A DNA stretch of 41,981 bases, taken from assembly GCA_004524445.1 (NCBI GenBank), contig SDNP01000027.1, positions 1 through 41,981 of the forward strand, written 5' to 3'. This document shows, one piece after another, positions 19,814 to 29,393 of the stretch (position 1 is the first letter of the stretch; each line of letters starts with the position of its first letter). A program made the position numbers and the translations under genes. The notes under the pieces were generated by a model, which saw only the letters and a list, made by a program, of their open reading frames with translations, searched no databases and was not told the origin of the DNA. Source of the stretch: Candidatus Thorarchaeota archaeon (GTDB lineage: Archaea; Asgardarchaeota; Thorarchaeia; Thorarchaeales; Thorarchaeaceae).

Positions 19814-20107
19814 ATGAAAATTGAAGTACTCCAAGAAATCCAAAACAAACCTCTTGGAAGAAAGGAAGTTGAGTTCAGGCTTGAACACAGAGGGAGTACT
19901 ACCCCTAGCAGAGATGATGTTCACAGCAAGATTGTGGCCCAATATGATGCAGATCCCTCCGCTGTTGTGATCAAAGTACTGAACACAAAGTTTGGGGCAG
20001 GTATTTCCACGGGAGAAGCAAGGATATATGAGGACCCCAAACAGATGAAAAAGGTTGAACTCAAACATATCATTGACAGGCATGCCGGCCATAAGGCAGA
20101 GGAGTAG
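19814..20107 (+). CDS. rps24e: 30S ribosomal protein eS24
   Basis: NKPLGRKEV, TPSR, TKFG, ARIY; start moved to MKIEV. Confidence 0.93.
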   Translation: MKIEVLQEIQNKPLGRKEVEFRLEHRGSTTPSRDDVHSKIVAQYDADPSAVVIKVLNTKFGAGISTGEARIYEDPKQMKKVELKHIIDRHAGHKAEE

Positions 20108-20114
20108 ATCGGAA

Positions 20115-20276
20115 ATGTCACATGATTTATACAAAGTAGACTCCAAGACCGGAAAAGTAACCCCCACAAAGAGGCCCTGTCCACGGTGTGAAAAGGGAAC
20201 CTATCTAGCTGAACATTATAATCGATATTCGTGTGGTCGTTGCGGGTACACAGAATTCAAACGAAACGAAAAATAG
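20115..20276 (+). CDS. rps27ae: 30S ribosomal protein eS31 (S27ae), without a ubiquitin fusion
   Basis: CPRC...LAEH..RYSCGRCGYTEF. Confidence 0.95.
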   Translation: MSHDLYKVDSKTGKVTPTKRPCPRCEKGTYLAEHYNRYSCGRCGYTEFKRNEK

Positions 20277-20319
20277 CAGTACAATACGCTTTTTCTTGCC
20301 ATCCAACTCTCCTCGAACG

Positions 20320-20577
20320 TTATGCTGATACTATTGCCATTATCCATCTAGAAAAAACTAAAACCACAATTATAACAGTCAAAAGGATGTCAACAAGCAA
20401 GAACCCTGGGATATAGATTTCCACTGTTGCAGAAAGAACAAGTGCCACTGGAAACGTAATTATGAATGGGAGAGTTGTGATAGTCAGAGAGATTTCCTCA
20501 CTTGAAACCATCATGTTCACTAGCGTTACTAGCCAAATGATGTAGATTGATGCAATGATTGCGATTTCCAATAACAT
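20320..20577 (-). CDS. Small hypothetical membrane protein
   Basis: 85 aa, three hydrophobic helices. Confidence 0.65.
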   Translation of the reverse strand: MLLEIAIIASIYIIWLVTLVNMMVSSEEISLTITTLPFIITFPVALVLSATVEIYIPGFLLVDILLTVIIVVLVFSRWIMAIVSA

Positions 20578-20768
20578 GCTTTATACCCCATAGTAGAGCT
20601 TCATTCTAATTGCTCTTCTGTGCCTTTTGAAGGCTGCTGATAGTTACTACCAACCAAATTTTCAGATATTGCTGGCGAAAAAGAGAAACTCTTTGTAAGT
20701 ACAGCATGTTTCTCTTCGCTCCATGAAAACCCTTAATACCTCATTAGAAACAGTTCCGCAATAGCAAC

Positions 20769-20882
20769 AGCGGGTTGGGGAAGCCTGGCCTATCCCGCGG
20801 GGCTCATAAGTGCAAGAACACTTCTGGGTTCTGCGATTGGGACACCCCGAGATCGTACGTTCAAATCGTACACCCGCTACCA
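20769..20882 (+). tRNA. Initiator tRNA-Met (CAT) with a 35-nt intron (20809-20843) and encoded CCA
   Basis: AGCGGGT/ACCCGCT acceptor stem with A1-U72, CGGGG/CCCCG anticodon stem, GTTCAAATC T-loop, bulge-helix-bulge at 37/38. Confidence 0.95.
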
Positions 20883-21205
20883 CCCTCATTCTCCTCATCT
20901 GAGATGGCCTTAATCAGAATTCAACATCGAGAATTTTGCAAGATGGTGTTTGATTGTGGACAAAATACGATAAAAGAGGGGAACCTTGATTAGATGCGAA
21001 TCATCGGATTCTGCTTCTGTTTGCAATACTCTGATTTTGAATCCGGACTGCGTGTATCCACCATCAAAACCCGAGTAGCCTGGGCATCTCTCTGCAGTAA
21101 GATTCCAAACTCGGATATTCTCATCGGACATATATTATCTATGAGAACTACGGTGGAAGCAATATCATTCTTTTCGTTGTAACAAATCTTCACTCAATTG
21201 AGATA

Positions 21206-21640
21206 TCATGCCGCTATCTGGTGTGCCGCTACAAATCTACTCTGATGTGGAATCATCTCCCAATTGATAGAAGATGGATGTTCAAAGCAATGGAGCCCGC
21301 GGTATTTACCAATCCATCTCCAGCAAGAAACACCTCCCAAATCCTCCAGCTTGTAAAGATTCGCCTTTGTAGCGCTGTATCGCACCTCCAATAATGTTCC
21401 GGATTTCAGTTCCGTGGCAAGCTCATCAATATCAATCACATTCAGCTTTCTTCTTCCATCGCCATCCACTGGGCCAACTTGAGAAACGTAGTATCGTGAA
21501 TTAAACCCTGTAATTGGATCGTCTATTACAATTGCAACATGTGGGCGAGCAAATGAGTCCCAGTATTTTGGAATAGCTGGTCTTCTTATTACGATGTAGT
21601 CACTTATTGGCTCCATTTGTTCTCTCATCGATGCACACAT
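21206..21640 (-). CDS. Hypothetical protein
   Basis: 144-aa ORF with protein-like composition and an upstream TTATAT box; no motif recognised. Confidence 0.55.
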   Translation of the reverse strand: MCASMREQMEPISDYIVIRRPAIPKYWDSFARPHVAIVIDDPITGFNSRYYVSQVGPVDGDGRRKLNVIDIDELATELKSGTLLEVRYSATKANLYKLEDLGGVSCWRWIGKYRGLHCFEHPSSINWEMIPHQSRFVAAHQIAA

Positions 21641-21839
21641 GACTAAGCACTCTAAGCTAGAATCCTGCCTATTGAGATATATAAGAGAGTGTCAGATAGC
21701 AAGATGTTGCAGAATACCAATCTAAGACCATTTCAGACCAACTGACGGGGGTTTCCACTGGAGCTTCCTGAATCCACTATTTTGGGTGTAAGAACAAGAA
21801 CTCCCAACTCAGTCGTACTTAACAAATGGACAAAATCAA

Positions 21840-22157
21840 TTATGGCTCGGGATTTTTCTTTTCTGGAAACCCAATTACAAGTTTTCTGCCATCGAACAAG
21901 GACCTCGCAATTTTCTCTCTCGCACTAGCTAGCAGACGCCAAATAGTACCTCGTGAAACACCCATCCTCTCACCAGCCTGTTCTTGGTATAAGCCCTTGA
22001 TGTCAACCAATCTTAGGACTTCAGCCTCAGCATGATCCATATAGATTGGATTCTCATCCAATAACGGTTCGGGGATCAGCTTTTTTGCACTGGGTATCTC
22101 TCCTATGTCTGGTTGAATTGGAAATCTACCTCGGCCACCGCGTCTTCTTCTATGCAT
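21840..22157 (-). CDS. DUF134 family predicted DNA-binding protein
   Basis: EAEVLRLVD..GLYQEQAGERMGVSRGTIWRLLASAREKIA HTH. Confidence 0.9.
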   Translation of the reverse strand: MHRRRRGGRGRFPIQPDIGEIPSAKKLIPEPLLDENPIYMDHAEAEVLRLVDIKGLYQEQAGERMGVSRGTIWRLLASAREKIARSLFDGRKLVIGFPEKKNPEP

Positions 22158-22228
22158 TAGCTCAAGAACCTCATGTTACAATCTGAAACGAATTCTAATT
22201 ATCTTTTCCGAAGGGGAATAAGTCTATT

Positions 22229-22267
22229 ATGTGACTATGCACAGATATATAAATGTGATTATGCACA
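22229..22267. promoter_or_regulatory. Tandem operator-like sites flanking a TATA box
   Basis: ATGTGACTATGCACA (22229) and ATGTGATTATGCACA (22253), each a TGTG-N6-CACA dyad, around TATATAAA. Confidence 0.65.
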
Positions 22268-22290
22268 AATAAATACAGGTGACTTAGATA

Positions 22291-22599
22291 ATGAGTTATG
22301 TATCATATGGCTATGGTCGTGGTCGAGGCAGAGGCGGTCGCGGCAGAGGAATGTATCCTGGAAATGGGCCATTTAGTCATTTACCTCCATGGGAAAGGCC
22401 TGGTTGGTTATATGGCCCCGGATCATGCTGGTATCTCGGCATTAGAACTGGCGACACAGGAACATCTGTACCCGTTGTTGATAATGTTGAAACCCTCCAG
22501 CGTCAGAAGGACCTACTCGAAACACAGCTTGCTTCCATATCAAAGACCCTTGAACAAATCAATTCTAGATTAGATGAGCTCGAAGCAAAAAACGAGTAA
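22291..22599 (+). CDS. DUF5320-like protein (RG-rich, coiled coil)
   Basis: GRGRGRGG repeats, GPFSHLPPWERPGW, C-terminal coiled coil. Confidence 0.75.
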   Translation: MSYVSYGYGRGRGRGGRGRGMYPGNGPFSHLPPWERPGWLYGPGSCWYLGIRTGDTGTSVPVVDNVETLQRQKDLLETQLASISKTLEQINSRLDELEAKNE

Positions 22600-22619
22600 A
22601 AACTCTAAAGGAAGACGAA

Positions 22620-23486
22620 TCATGACCCACTGATGCTCATGATTTTCTTCCACATATTTTCAAGAATCTCTACAATCTCATTTTCAGGAGCATACTCCGG
22701 CAGGGTCTGAGCTGCCACCATGGACTTTGTCATGATAGGATCAAATGGTATTCTTCCTAACATTGTTACTCCCATATTATCAGCAGCTCTCTTTATTTCC
22801 GCTGATTTATCTTCGTTCAAGTCAAACTTGTTGATGATTATCAAAGGTTTCACCTTGAATTGGAGCATCAATTTAATGATTCTGTTCATGTCGTGAATGC
22901 CACTGGGAGTCGGTTCGGTTACCACCACTCCTGTTGAGAGTCCCGTGACTGTAGCTATGACAGGACAACCAATTCCTGGAGAGCCATCAATGAGAATGTG
23001 ATCCTTCTTCTCTCTCTCTGCCATATTCTCAGCCTGTTTCCTGACTGCCGTGACAAGTTTTCCCGAGTTTCCTTCGCCAGGCAGTAACTTCGCATGAGAC
23101 ATTGCCCCAAATCTGGTTTCTGATTTGAAGAGATGTCCAGATACTCTCTCTCTCATTTCAATGGCGCCTTCGGGGCAGACATATGCACATACTCCACACC
23201 CCTCACATGCAATTTTATTCACATTCGGAGGGTTGATGGCATCAAATCGACATTTCTCTTCACACACACCACAATAGACACAGAGAGAGGGGTCGATATA
23301 TGCAACGCTGGAGTCAACAAAGTCGTTCGAATCAATGACCTTTGGATGTAGCAAGATATGAAGATCGGGAGCATCAACATCACAGTCTGCAAGAATCTTG
23401 TTCTGTGCTAATGCTGCAAATGCTCCTGTTATCGTAGTCTTACCTGTGCCGCCCTTTCCACTAAGGACCGCAATCTCGTCGACCAT
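22620..23486 (-). CDS. MinD-family P-loop ATPase with 4Fe-4S ferredoxin insert (COG1149)
   Basis: SGKGGTGKT, DCDVDAP, two CxxCxxCxxxC, DGSPGIGCP, VTEPT. Confidence 0.92.
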   Translation of the reverse strand: MVDEIAVLSGKGGTGKTTITGAFAALAQNKILADCDVDAPDLHILLHPKVIDSNDFVDSSVAYIDPSLCVYCGVCEEKCRFDAINPPNVNKIACEGCGVCAYVCPEGAIEMRERVSGHLFKSETRFGAMSHAKLLPGEGNSGKLVTAVRKQAENMAEREKKDHILIDGSPGIGCPVIATVTGLSTGVVVTEPTPSGIHDMNRIIKLMLQFKVKPLIIINKFDLNEDKSAEIKRAADNMGVTMLGRIPFDPIMTKSMVAAQTLPEYAPENEIVEILENMWKKIMSISGS

Positions 23487-23487
23487 T

Positions 23488-24318
23488 TCAAATATACTCC
23501 TTGATTTTGTCAATCAAATCTACAAATGCTGATCGATACTCTTCCAGTTCATTGACGAATGGTATTCCCCTAGAGTAGAGTTCTGCAATCTTTCTATCGA
23601 ATGGAATCTTCATAAGCAGTTCCACTCCCCTCTCATCAAGGAATTCCTCCACTTTTTCATCGCCAATCCCATATCTGTTGATTATGACGCCATAAGGAGT
23701 GCCCACCGCGTCAACTGTATCAATAGCCATTTCCAGATCATGTAGACCGAAGGGAGTAGGTTCAGTGACCATGATAACATAGTCACTGTCCTCGACTGTT
23801 TCAATAAGTGAACATGAAGTACCAGGGGGTGCATCAAGAATGTTGAGCTTTTGTTCGTCTATGTTTCGCTTTACAGCCTTAATCAAAGGAATTGAGATTG
23901 GTTCTCCGACATTCAATTCGCCATATACCAACTTGATGCCGTCAGTTGTAGCAGCCCGCGTCTCTCCTATCTCTCGGTCTTTCTCTGATATGGCCCCCTC
24001 AGGGCATACCAAGGCGCATCCGCCACAGGAATGGCACATCTCCTTGTAGACTAGCACCTCCTCCTTTCCCACAAAGAGTGCATTAAACTCACAGAAATCT
24101 GCACACTTGCCACAGAGCGTACATAAATCAGGATCGACTACTGGCACAGGCACGAGAACACTCGTGATTGTTTCATTCCCAATTTTCAACAGAGTATGTG
24201 CATTAGGCTCCTCGACATCACAGTCTAGTAACACAGCCTCTCTGCTTGAAAGTGCCATATTCACCGCAACAGTGGTCTTACCAGTCCCGCCCTTTCCACT
24301 TGCTACTGTGATAATCAA
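23488..24318 (-). CDS. MinD-family P-loop ATPase with 4Fe-4S ferredoxin insert (COG1149)
   Basis: SGKGGTGKTT, DCDVEEPN, two CxxCxxCxxxC, DAPPGTSC, TEPTPFG. Confidence 0.92.
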   Translation of the reverse strand: MIITVASGKGGTGKTTVAVNMALSSREAVLLDCDVEEPNAHTLLKIGNETITSVLVPVPVVDPDLCTLCGKCADFCEFNALFVGKEEVLVYKEMCHSCGGCALVCPEGAISEKDREIGETRAATTDGIKLVYGELNVGEPISIPLIKAVKRNIDEQKLNILDAPPGTSCSLIETVEDSDYVIMVTEPTPFGLHDLEMAIDTVDAVGTPYGVIINRYGIGDEKVEEFLDERGVELLMKIPFDRKIAELYSRGIPFVNELEEYRSAFVDLIDKIKEYI

Positions 24319-24345
24319 TGGGGGTTTCCTCCATCAACCTATCCT

Positions 24346-24708
24346 CTAACGGTGATGAGCATCGGCACATCCTTGCGTTAACTCTTCCAATTTGTTCTCT
24401 TTATAGGCATCAACGATGCTGCTGATTTCTGTTGTATTTGCACACAATACAGCAACATTTCTATCCTGGAAACTACGAATCCCTCTCGGGCCCATACCGC
24501 TTACAATAATTACGTCAGGATTTAGGCTCATTACATTATCATGAGCATGACCGCGTCCTCCCGCGTGTTCTCCTCTATTGGGATGTACAATCTTTTCAAC
24601 AGTGTCATCTGTAATATCGATAGCCGCAAAATAGGGCGCCCTGCCAAAGTGAGCTGCAAGGTTGTTCCCTTCTTTATCTTCAGTTGGAATCACTAACCTC
24701 TTCTTCAT
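24346..24708 (-). CDS. NifB/NifX family protein
   Basis: HFGRAPYF, GMGPRG, C-terminal C..HH. Confidence 0.88.
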   Translation of the reverse strand: MKKRLVIPTEDKEGNNLAAHFGRAPYFAAIDITDDTVEKIVHPNRGEHAGGRGHAHDNVMSLNPDVIIVSGMGPRGIRSFQDRNVAVLCANTTEISSIVDAYKENKLEELTQGCADAHHR

Positions 24709-24715
24709 GCTAAGT

Positions 24716-25132
24716 TCACCAGCCTCTTCCACCGCCTCGACCTCGCCCACCGCCCATACCTCTTCCTCTGCCCATGCCTCGATGAGCTGGTCCTGGCTGC
24801 TGTATTGTACTCATGTTCCCCTCTCTAAATCTTTCTACAGTGTCTTTTACTGTCCCCGAAGCACCCCCATAGACAGCGATTCCTGCAGCGTCTAGAGCTT
24901 GGAATGCATTCGGACCAACGCTCCCGGTTATTACTGCACTAACGCCCTTTGATGAAATAGTTTGAGCTGCTGTGATTCCTGCACCACTTGATGCCGCAAC
25001 AGCCTCATTGGACACTGCTTCAAAGTCCATTGATTGCGGGTCAATTATGATGAAATACGCGCATCTTCCAAATCTTGGATCAACAGGCGCATTCAGATTG
25101 TCACCAGTTGACGTTATACAAATCTTCGGCAT
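24716..25132 (-). CDS. NifB/NifX family protein with a GR-rich tail (IssA-like)
   Basis: RFGRCAYF, GAGITAAQ, VGPNA, GMGRGRGMGGGRGRG. Confidence 0.9.
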   Translation of the reverse strand: MPKICITSTGDNLNAPVDPRFGRCAYFIIIDPQSMDFEAVSNEAVAASSGAGITAAQTISSKGVSAVITGSVGPNAFQALDAAGIAVYGGASGTVKDTVERFREGNMSTIQQPGPAHRGMGRGRGMGGGRGRGGGRGW

Positions 25133-25147
25133 TTTCTACACCTTTAA

Positions 25148-25188
25148 ATGAATCATAATCCATTATCAAGTTATGAATCCAGATTCAT
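25148..25188. promoter_or_regulatory. Tandem dyad operator upstream of the nifX/minD operon
   Basis: ATGAATC-CA-GATTCAT (25173-25188, perfect) and ATGAATCATAATCCAT (25148-25163), next to a minus-strand TTTATAT box. Confidence 0.6.
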
Positions 25189-25286
25189 ATAAACCCTACT
25201 GAATGTATATTGTTATCGTGCAGAATACTATTAGGTCAAGTTTATCTCAGTGTAGGATTTTGCTATTAATATAGGTGAATCTGACA

Positions 25287-26504
25287 ATGGGATTTAGCAT
25301 TGGAATCGTTGGAAAGCCGTCATGTGGGAAGACTTCGTTTACGAATGCTGCATGTATGACAGATTTCAAGGTGGGAAGTTATCCTTTTACGACGATTGAC
25401 GCCAACGTAGGCGTTGCACATGTTCGCTCCAAATGTGTTTGCGAGGATTTTGATGTACAGGACAACCCCCAAAACTCACTCTGCATTGAAGGCACCCGTC
25501 TCATTCCCGTCAAACTAATTGATGTTGCTGGTCTAGTTCCAGGCGCCCACGAGGGCCGTGGCATGGGAAATCAATTCTTAGACGATTTGAGTCAGGCCGA
25601 TGTTCTCATTCACATTGTTGACGCAAGTGGTTCCCTTGATTCGGAAGGTCAGGAGATTGATGCAGGATCTTATGACCCTGTAAATGATGTTGAATTTCTG
25701 GAAACCGAAATAACCCAATGGATGCTAGGAATTGTCACTAAGGATTGGAAGAGAATCACCTCAAAAGCACGAGCGGAAGGGGCAAAACTAGAGGAACTGC
25801 TTCTTAAGAAACTGTCAGGCCTTCAAGTCACAAGAGGACATATTCTGAAATCGATACGAGAAACAGGGCTCAGCGCCCAGGAAGCGTATAAGTGGTCTGA
25901 AGAAGACATCCTCGAATTTGTACGTCAACTCCGACTTATTTCTAAGCCCATAATAATCGCAGCAAATAAAATTGACAAACGGGGCGCAGAAGAAAATCTG
26001 CAGCGCCTCCGGGAGGCATACCCCAATCAAATGGTTGTGCCCGTGAGTGCATTAGCTGAGAAAATCTTACGGGACCTAGAGAAGAAGGCGATTCTATCCT
26101 ATATTCCAGGGGACGAAGATTTCGATATCCTAGAATCCGACAAATTAACACCTGGAGAGATTGCTCCGTTGGAGAAAATAAGGAGCGAAATTCTTCAGAA
26201 GTTTGGAGGGACAGGAGTTCAAAATATCCTCAACAAAGCAGTCTTTGATTTTCTAAACATGATTTCTGTCTATCCCGTTCATGACGCAAATTCACTAACG
26301 GACAGTGATGGCAATATTCTGCCTGACGTCTATCTTGTTCCAGAAGGAACAACAGCGAAGCAATTCGCAGGAGTCATCCATTCGGACTTGGAGGAATCCT
26401 TTTTGCATGCCATTGATGCTAGAACCAAGATGCGCATATCCGAAAAACACAATCTCAAGGACAGAGATGTAATCAAAATCGTCAGCACCAAGGGCTCAAA
26501 GTAA
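25287..26504 (+). CDS. ychF: YchF/OLA1 family Obg-like NTPase
   Basis: GKPSCGKT, YPFTTI, DVAGLVPGA..GRGMGNQFL, ANKID, TGS domain. Confidence 0.95.
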   Translation: MGFSIGIVGKPSCGKTSFTNAACMTDFKVGSYPFTTIDANVGVAHVRSKCVCEDFDVQDNPQNSLCIEGTRLIPVKLIDVAGLVPGAHEGRGMGNQFLDDLSQADVLIHIVDASGSLDSEGQEIDAGSYDPVNDVEFLETEITQWMLGIVTKDWKRITSKARAEGAKLEELLLKKLSGLQVTRGHILKSIRETGLSAQEAYKWSEEDILEFVRQLRLISKPIIIAANKIDKRGAEENLQRLREAYPNQMVVPVSALAEKILRDLEKKAILSYIPGDEDFDILESDKLTPGEIAPLEKIRSEILQKFGGTGVQNILNKAVFDFLNMISVYPVHDANSLTDSDGNILPDVYLVPEGTTAKQFAGVIHSDLEESFLHAIDARTKMRISEKHNLKDRDVIKIVSTKGSK

Positions 26505-26578
26505 TCGAAAAGTTGTCCTTCTCACCAATTCAGACATGCCTGTCAACTTATCAGCGAAAGGCGTGCATCAAAGCATGC

Positions 26579-27115
26579 CTACCCAATCTTTTTTCCGATA
26601 CCCCAGTATTCGCCAGTGAGGGGAATGTATGTGAAAGGTGCCGCTATATTCAAGTCAAGACGTTCCTTAGAATCAATTGCCTCCTGGTCCATATGAACCG
26701 CAACAACTTCCGCGATGAAGAGATCGTGAACTCCCACACTGATGATTTTTTTGACCTCTGCTTCGATGTTGAGGGGACACTCCTCTATCATCGGAGCGGA
26801 TACTTTTGTGGCATTTACAGGTGTGAGACCACATTCTTCGAATTTGTTGTGTTCCCTACCAGAGTGGGTGCCACAGAATACAGTGGCATCTAACAAGTCA
26901 CGACTCGGAATATTCACAACGAAATCTCCGGCTTCTTTAATCAGGTCATAGCTATATCTGCTCGGACGAACTCCTATCGCTATACTTGGTGGATCACTAC
27001 AGACATTGGCTGCCCACGAGAGAGTGATTATATTCGGTTGTTTTTCGTGTGCGACACTAACCAATATGACCGGACATGGGATAATTGCTGTTGATGGTTT
27101 CTTCTGTTTTTTCAT
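26579..27115 (-). CDS. Flavin reductase family protein
   Basis: PCPVILVS, FVVNIP, CGTHSGR, APMIEECP, GVHDLFIAEV. Confidence 0.9.
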   Translation of the reverse strand: MKKQKKPSTAIIPCPVILVSVAHEKQPNIITLSWAANVCSDPPSIAIGVRPSRYSYDLIKEAGDFVVNIPSRDLLDATVFCGTHSGREHNKFEECGLTPVNATKVSAPMIEECPLNIEAEVKKIISVGVHDLFIAEVVAVHMDQEAIDSKERLDLNIAAPFTYIPLTGEYWGIGKKIG

Positions 27116-27217
27116 ACGAAGAACGGTGTATTCTCCGGTTTATGAAAGTGGTGCTTTCATCAGGTTTAAGTCGAAGTATTGAATTTCAGTGCTCAAGAAT
27201 TAAGGAAGGCTCTACCA

Positions 27218-28129
27218 ATGGCACGTGTTTTAGTATCAGATCCTATAGCTGACTCAGCTGTGAAGACGATAGATGACGCCGGTATCGAACTGGTGCACAG
27301 AGACCACGAGAAAGACGGTCCTCTTGAAGAACTAATCAAGGGGTTCGATGGAATCATCGTACGAAGTGCAACCAAAGTGACTCGAGGTGTCATTCAGGCT
27401 GCAGATCAATTGAAAGTTATCGTTCGAGCGGGAGTCGGTTTAGATAATGTTGACCTTGAGGCGGCAAAAGATAATGGTGTCGAGGTCTTGAATACCCCAG
27501 AAGCCCCAACTGTATCAGTAGCGGAGATGGTCTTTTCGCTCATGTTCGCATTAGCAAGAAATGTGACTCAAGCTGACAGTTCCATGAAGGATGAGCGATG
27601 GGAAAAGAAGAAGCTTAGAGGCGTTGAACTCTGGAAAAAGAACCTTGGAATTGCTGGATTTGGGCGGATTGGACAGGAAGTAGCTCGTATGGGTAAGGCT
27701 TTTGGAATGAACATTCTTTCTTATGGAGGTTCACGTCTCATAGAAGCCTCCAAGAAAATTGGAGCATCACCTGTATCACTTGATGAACTTCTTGCTCAAT
27801 CTGATTATCTCTCACTTCATGTACCCATGAAATCCGAAACTGAGGGAATGATCGGCTCCAAGGAATTTAAGAAAATGAGAGAATCTGCATTTCTCATCAA
27901 CACTGCCAGAGGTGGCGTTGTAGACGAAGAAGCTCTACTTGCTGCTCTAGACCAAGGTCAAATTGCCGGTGCAGGGGTGGACGTGTTTGAAAACGAACCC
28001 CCTGTTGATTGGGCTCTCGCAAAACACCCCAAGGTAGTAGCAACTCCGCATCTAGCATCTTCTACGTTCGAAGCTCAAAATAGAGTGGGAGAGCTTACTG
28101 CAGAGAAAATCATAGATTTCTTTAAGTAG
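27218..28129 (+). CDS. D-2-hydroxyacid dehydrogenase (short SerA-like)
   Basis: RAGVGLDNVD, GFGRIG, INTARG, DVFENEP, TPHLAS. Confidence 0.92.
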   Translation: MARVLVSDPIADSAVKTIDDAGIELVHRDHEKDGPLEELIKGFDGIIVRSATKVTRGVIQAADQLKVIVRAGVGLDNVDLEAAKDNGVEVLNTPEAPTVSVAEMVFSLMFALARNVTQADSSMKDERWEKKKLRGVELWKKNLGIAGFGRIGQEVARMGKAFGMNILSYGGSRLIEASKKIGASPVSLDELLAQSDYLSLHVPMKSETEGMIGSKEFKKMRESAFLINTARGGVVDEEALLAALDQGQIAGAGVDVFENEPPVDWALAKHPKVVATPHLASSTFEAQNRVGELTAEKIIDFFK

Positions 28130-28192
28130 TCGAAAGAGATTAATGGCTTTCGTATCGTTAGACCTTTAAGCAAATAATTGCGGGAATCACTT

Positions 28193-28290
28193 GGCTCAGC
28201 AAGTGTGCTGAGCCCTACCAATTCCTTTGTGTTGGCGGATGCGTCCGCAGGGATGTGGCCTTGACCGGCTGAACCACAAACAAAGAGAAT
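28193..28290 (+). ncRNA. Structured 5' leader of rpl15e (candidate ribosomal protein leader)
   Basis: GGCTCAGCA-AGTG-TGCTGAGCC hairpin, GCGGA-TGCG-TCCGC, outer ATTCCTTTGT/ACAAAGAGAAT stem; TTTAAG box at 28165. Confidence 0.55.
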
Positions 28291-28317
28291 GAACTACGAC
28301 AAAGGATGTAGCAGCAG

Positions 28318-28899
28318 ATGGCAGCTTACAAATACATGAATAAAGAGTGGATTCGGGAACAGAAAGAACGCTCAGAGATTGTTCGACAGCGGCTTATTGT
28401 ATGGAGAAAACAGGGCAATATTGTTCGACTGAAACGCCCTACACGCCTGGGACGCGCACGAAATCTTGGTTACAAGGCCAAGCAGGGGTACGTTGTTGTA
28501 CGAATTAAGACAGGGCGAGGTCCTCGCGAAAAACCACGACCCCGCATGGGCAGAAAACCCCGCAGTCTGGGTGTGAATAGATACACCCCACAAAAATCTC
28601 GCCGTTGGATATCTGAAGAGCGTGTAGCAAAGAAGTTTCCAAATCTTCGAGTTCTGAACTCCTATTGGGTAGGGTCTGATCACAAACATGTTTGGCATGA
28701 GGTGATTCTTGTTGATCCTAATCATCCCGTGATATACAATGATCCTGAGATTAACTGGATTTGCGAGGATCGACAGAAAGGCAGAGAAAGCCGCGGATTG
28801 ACCTCAGCGGGCAAGAGAAGCCGAGGTCTGAGAAAGAAAGGCATCGGTTCAGAGAAAACCAGGCCTAGTCTAAAATCCAAGGGCAATCGCGGAAAGTAG
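28318..28899 (+). CDS. rpl15e: 50S ribosomal protein eL15
   Basis: RPTRLGRARNLGYKAKQG, NLRVLNSYWV, EVILVDP, RGLTSAGK. Confidence 0.98.
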   Translation: MAAYKYMNKEWIREQKERSEIVRQRLIVWRKQGNIVRLKRPTRLGRARNLGYKAKQGYVVVRIKTGRGPREKPRPRMGRKPRSLGVNRYTPQKSRRWISEERVAKKFPNLRVLNSYWVGSDHKHVWHEVILVDPNHPVIYNDPEINWICEDRQKGRESRGLTSAGKRSRGLRKKGIGSEKTRPSLKSKGNRGK

Positions 28900-28905
28900 T
28901 CTAAG

Positions 28906-29379
28906 ATGAATTCGGGCTCGACATCCTCTGATATTTTCACCGATTATATTGAGGTTCGTGCCCACTCACGGGCTACAGAGGTTCCTGAAAGGGTAGAAGA
29001 GGCAATACTCAATGTATTCCAGGAAGACCTGAGAGAACACGTGAAGGTGAGCCGTGACGTTGCCGAAGGACACTCTGATAATCCTATTGTGGTCATCAAG
29101 GGGGTTCTCAAGAATAAGCGGAGATGCTTAGAACAGCTCGTGTCTTTAGCTAGCCGCTTGGACAAAGATGACTTATCATATATTCGACATACGATGACTC
29201 GCAGATTTGACGATGATTGCCGATTCTATCTTAGAATTGATAAGCAAGAAGCATATCTAGGAAATATACATCTTGCACAAGCAACCGATATGATTAGTGT
29301 TGAGATTCGATTAAGGCAATACCCGCGGTGCGAGTCCGACTCAGCAATGGAATGGCTTTTTGACCATCTCAACAAGTAG
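28906..29379 (+). CDS. RNA-binding protein (COG1325/DUF54)
   Basis: ATEVPERV, EGHSDNPI, FYLRIDKQ; conserved synteny. Confidence 0.85.
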   Translation: MNSGSTSSDIFTDYIEVRAHSRATEVPERVEEAILNVFQEDLREHVKVSRDVAEGHSDNPIVVIKGVLKNKRRCLEQLVSLASRLDKDDLSYIRHTMTRRFDDDCRFYLRIDKQEAYLGNIHLAQATDMISVEIRLRQYPRCESDSAMEWLFDHLNK

Positions 29380-29393
29380 GAGCGAAATAGCCA

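Noticed and set aside
20910-21193. Two short overlapping minus-strand ORFs after the tRNA
   Set aside because: No motifs; I cannot tell which, if either, is real.
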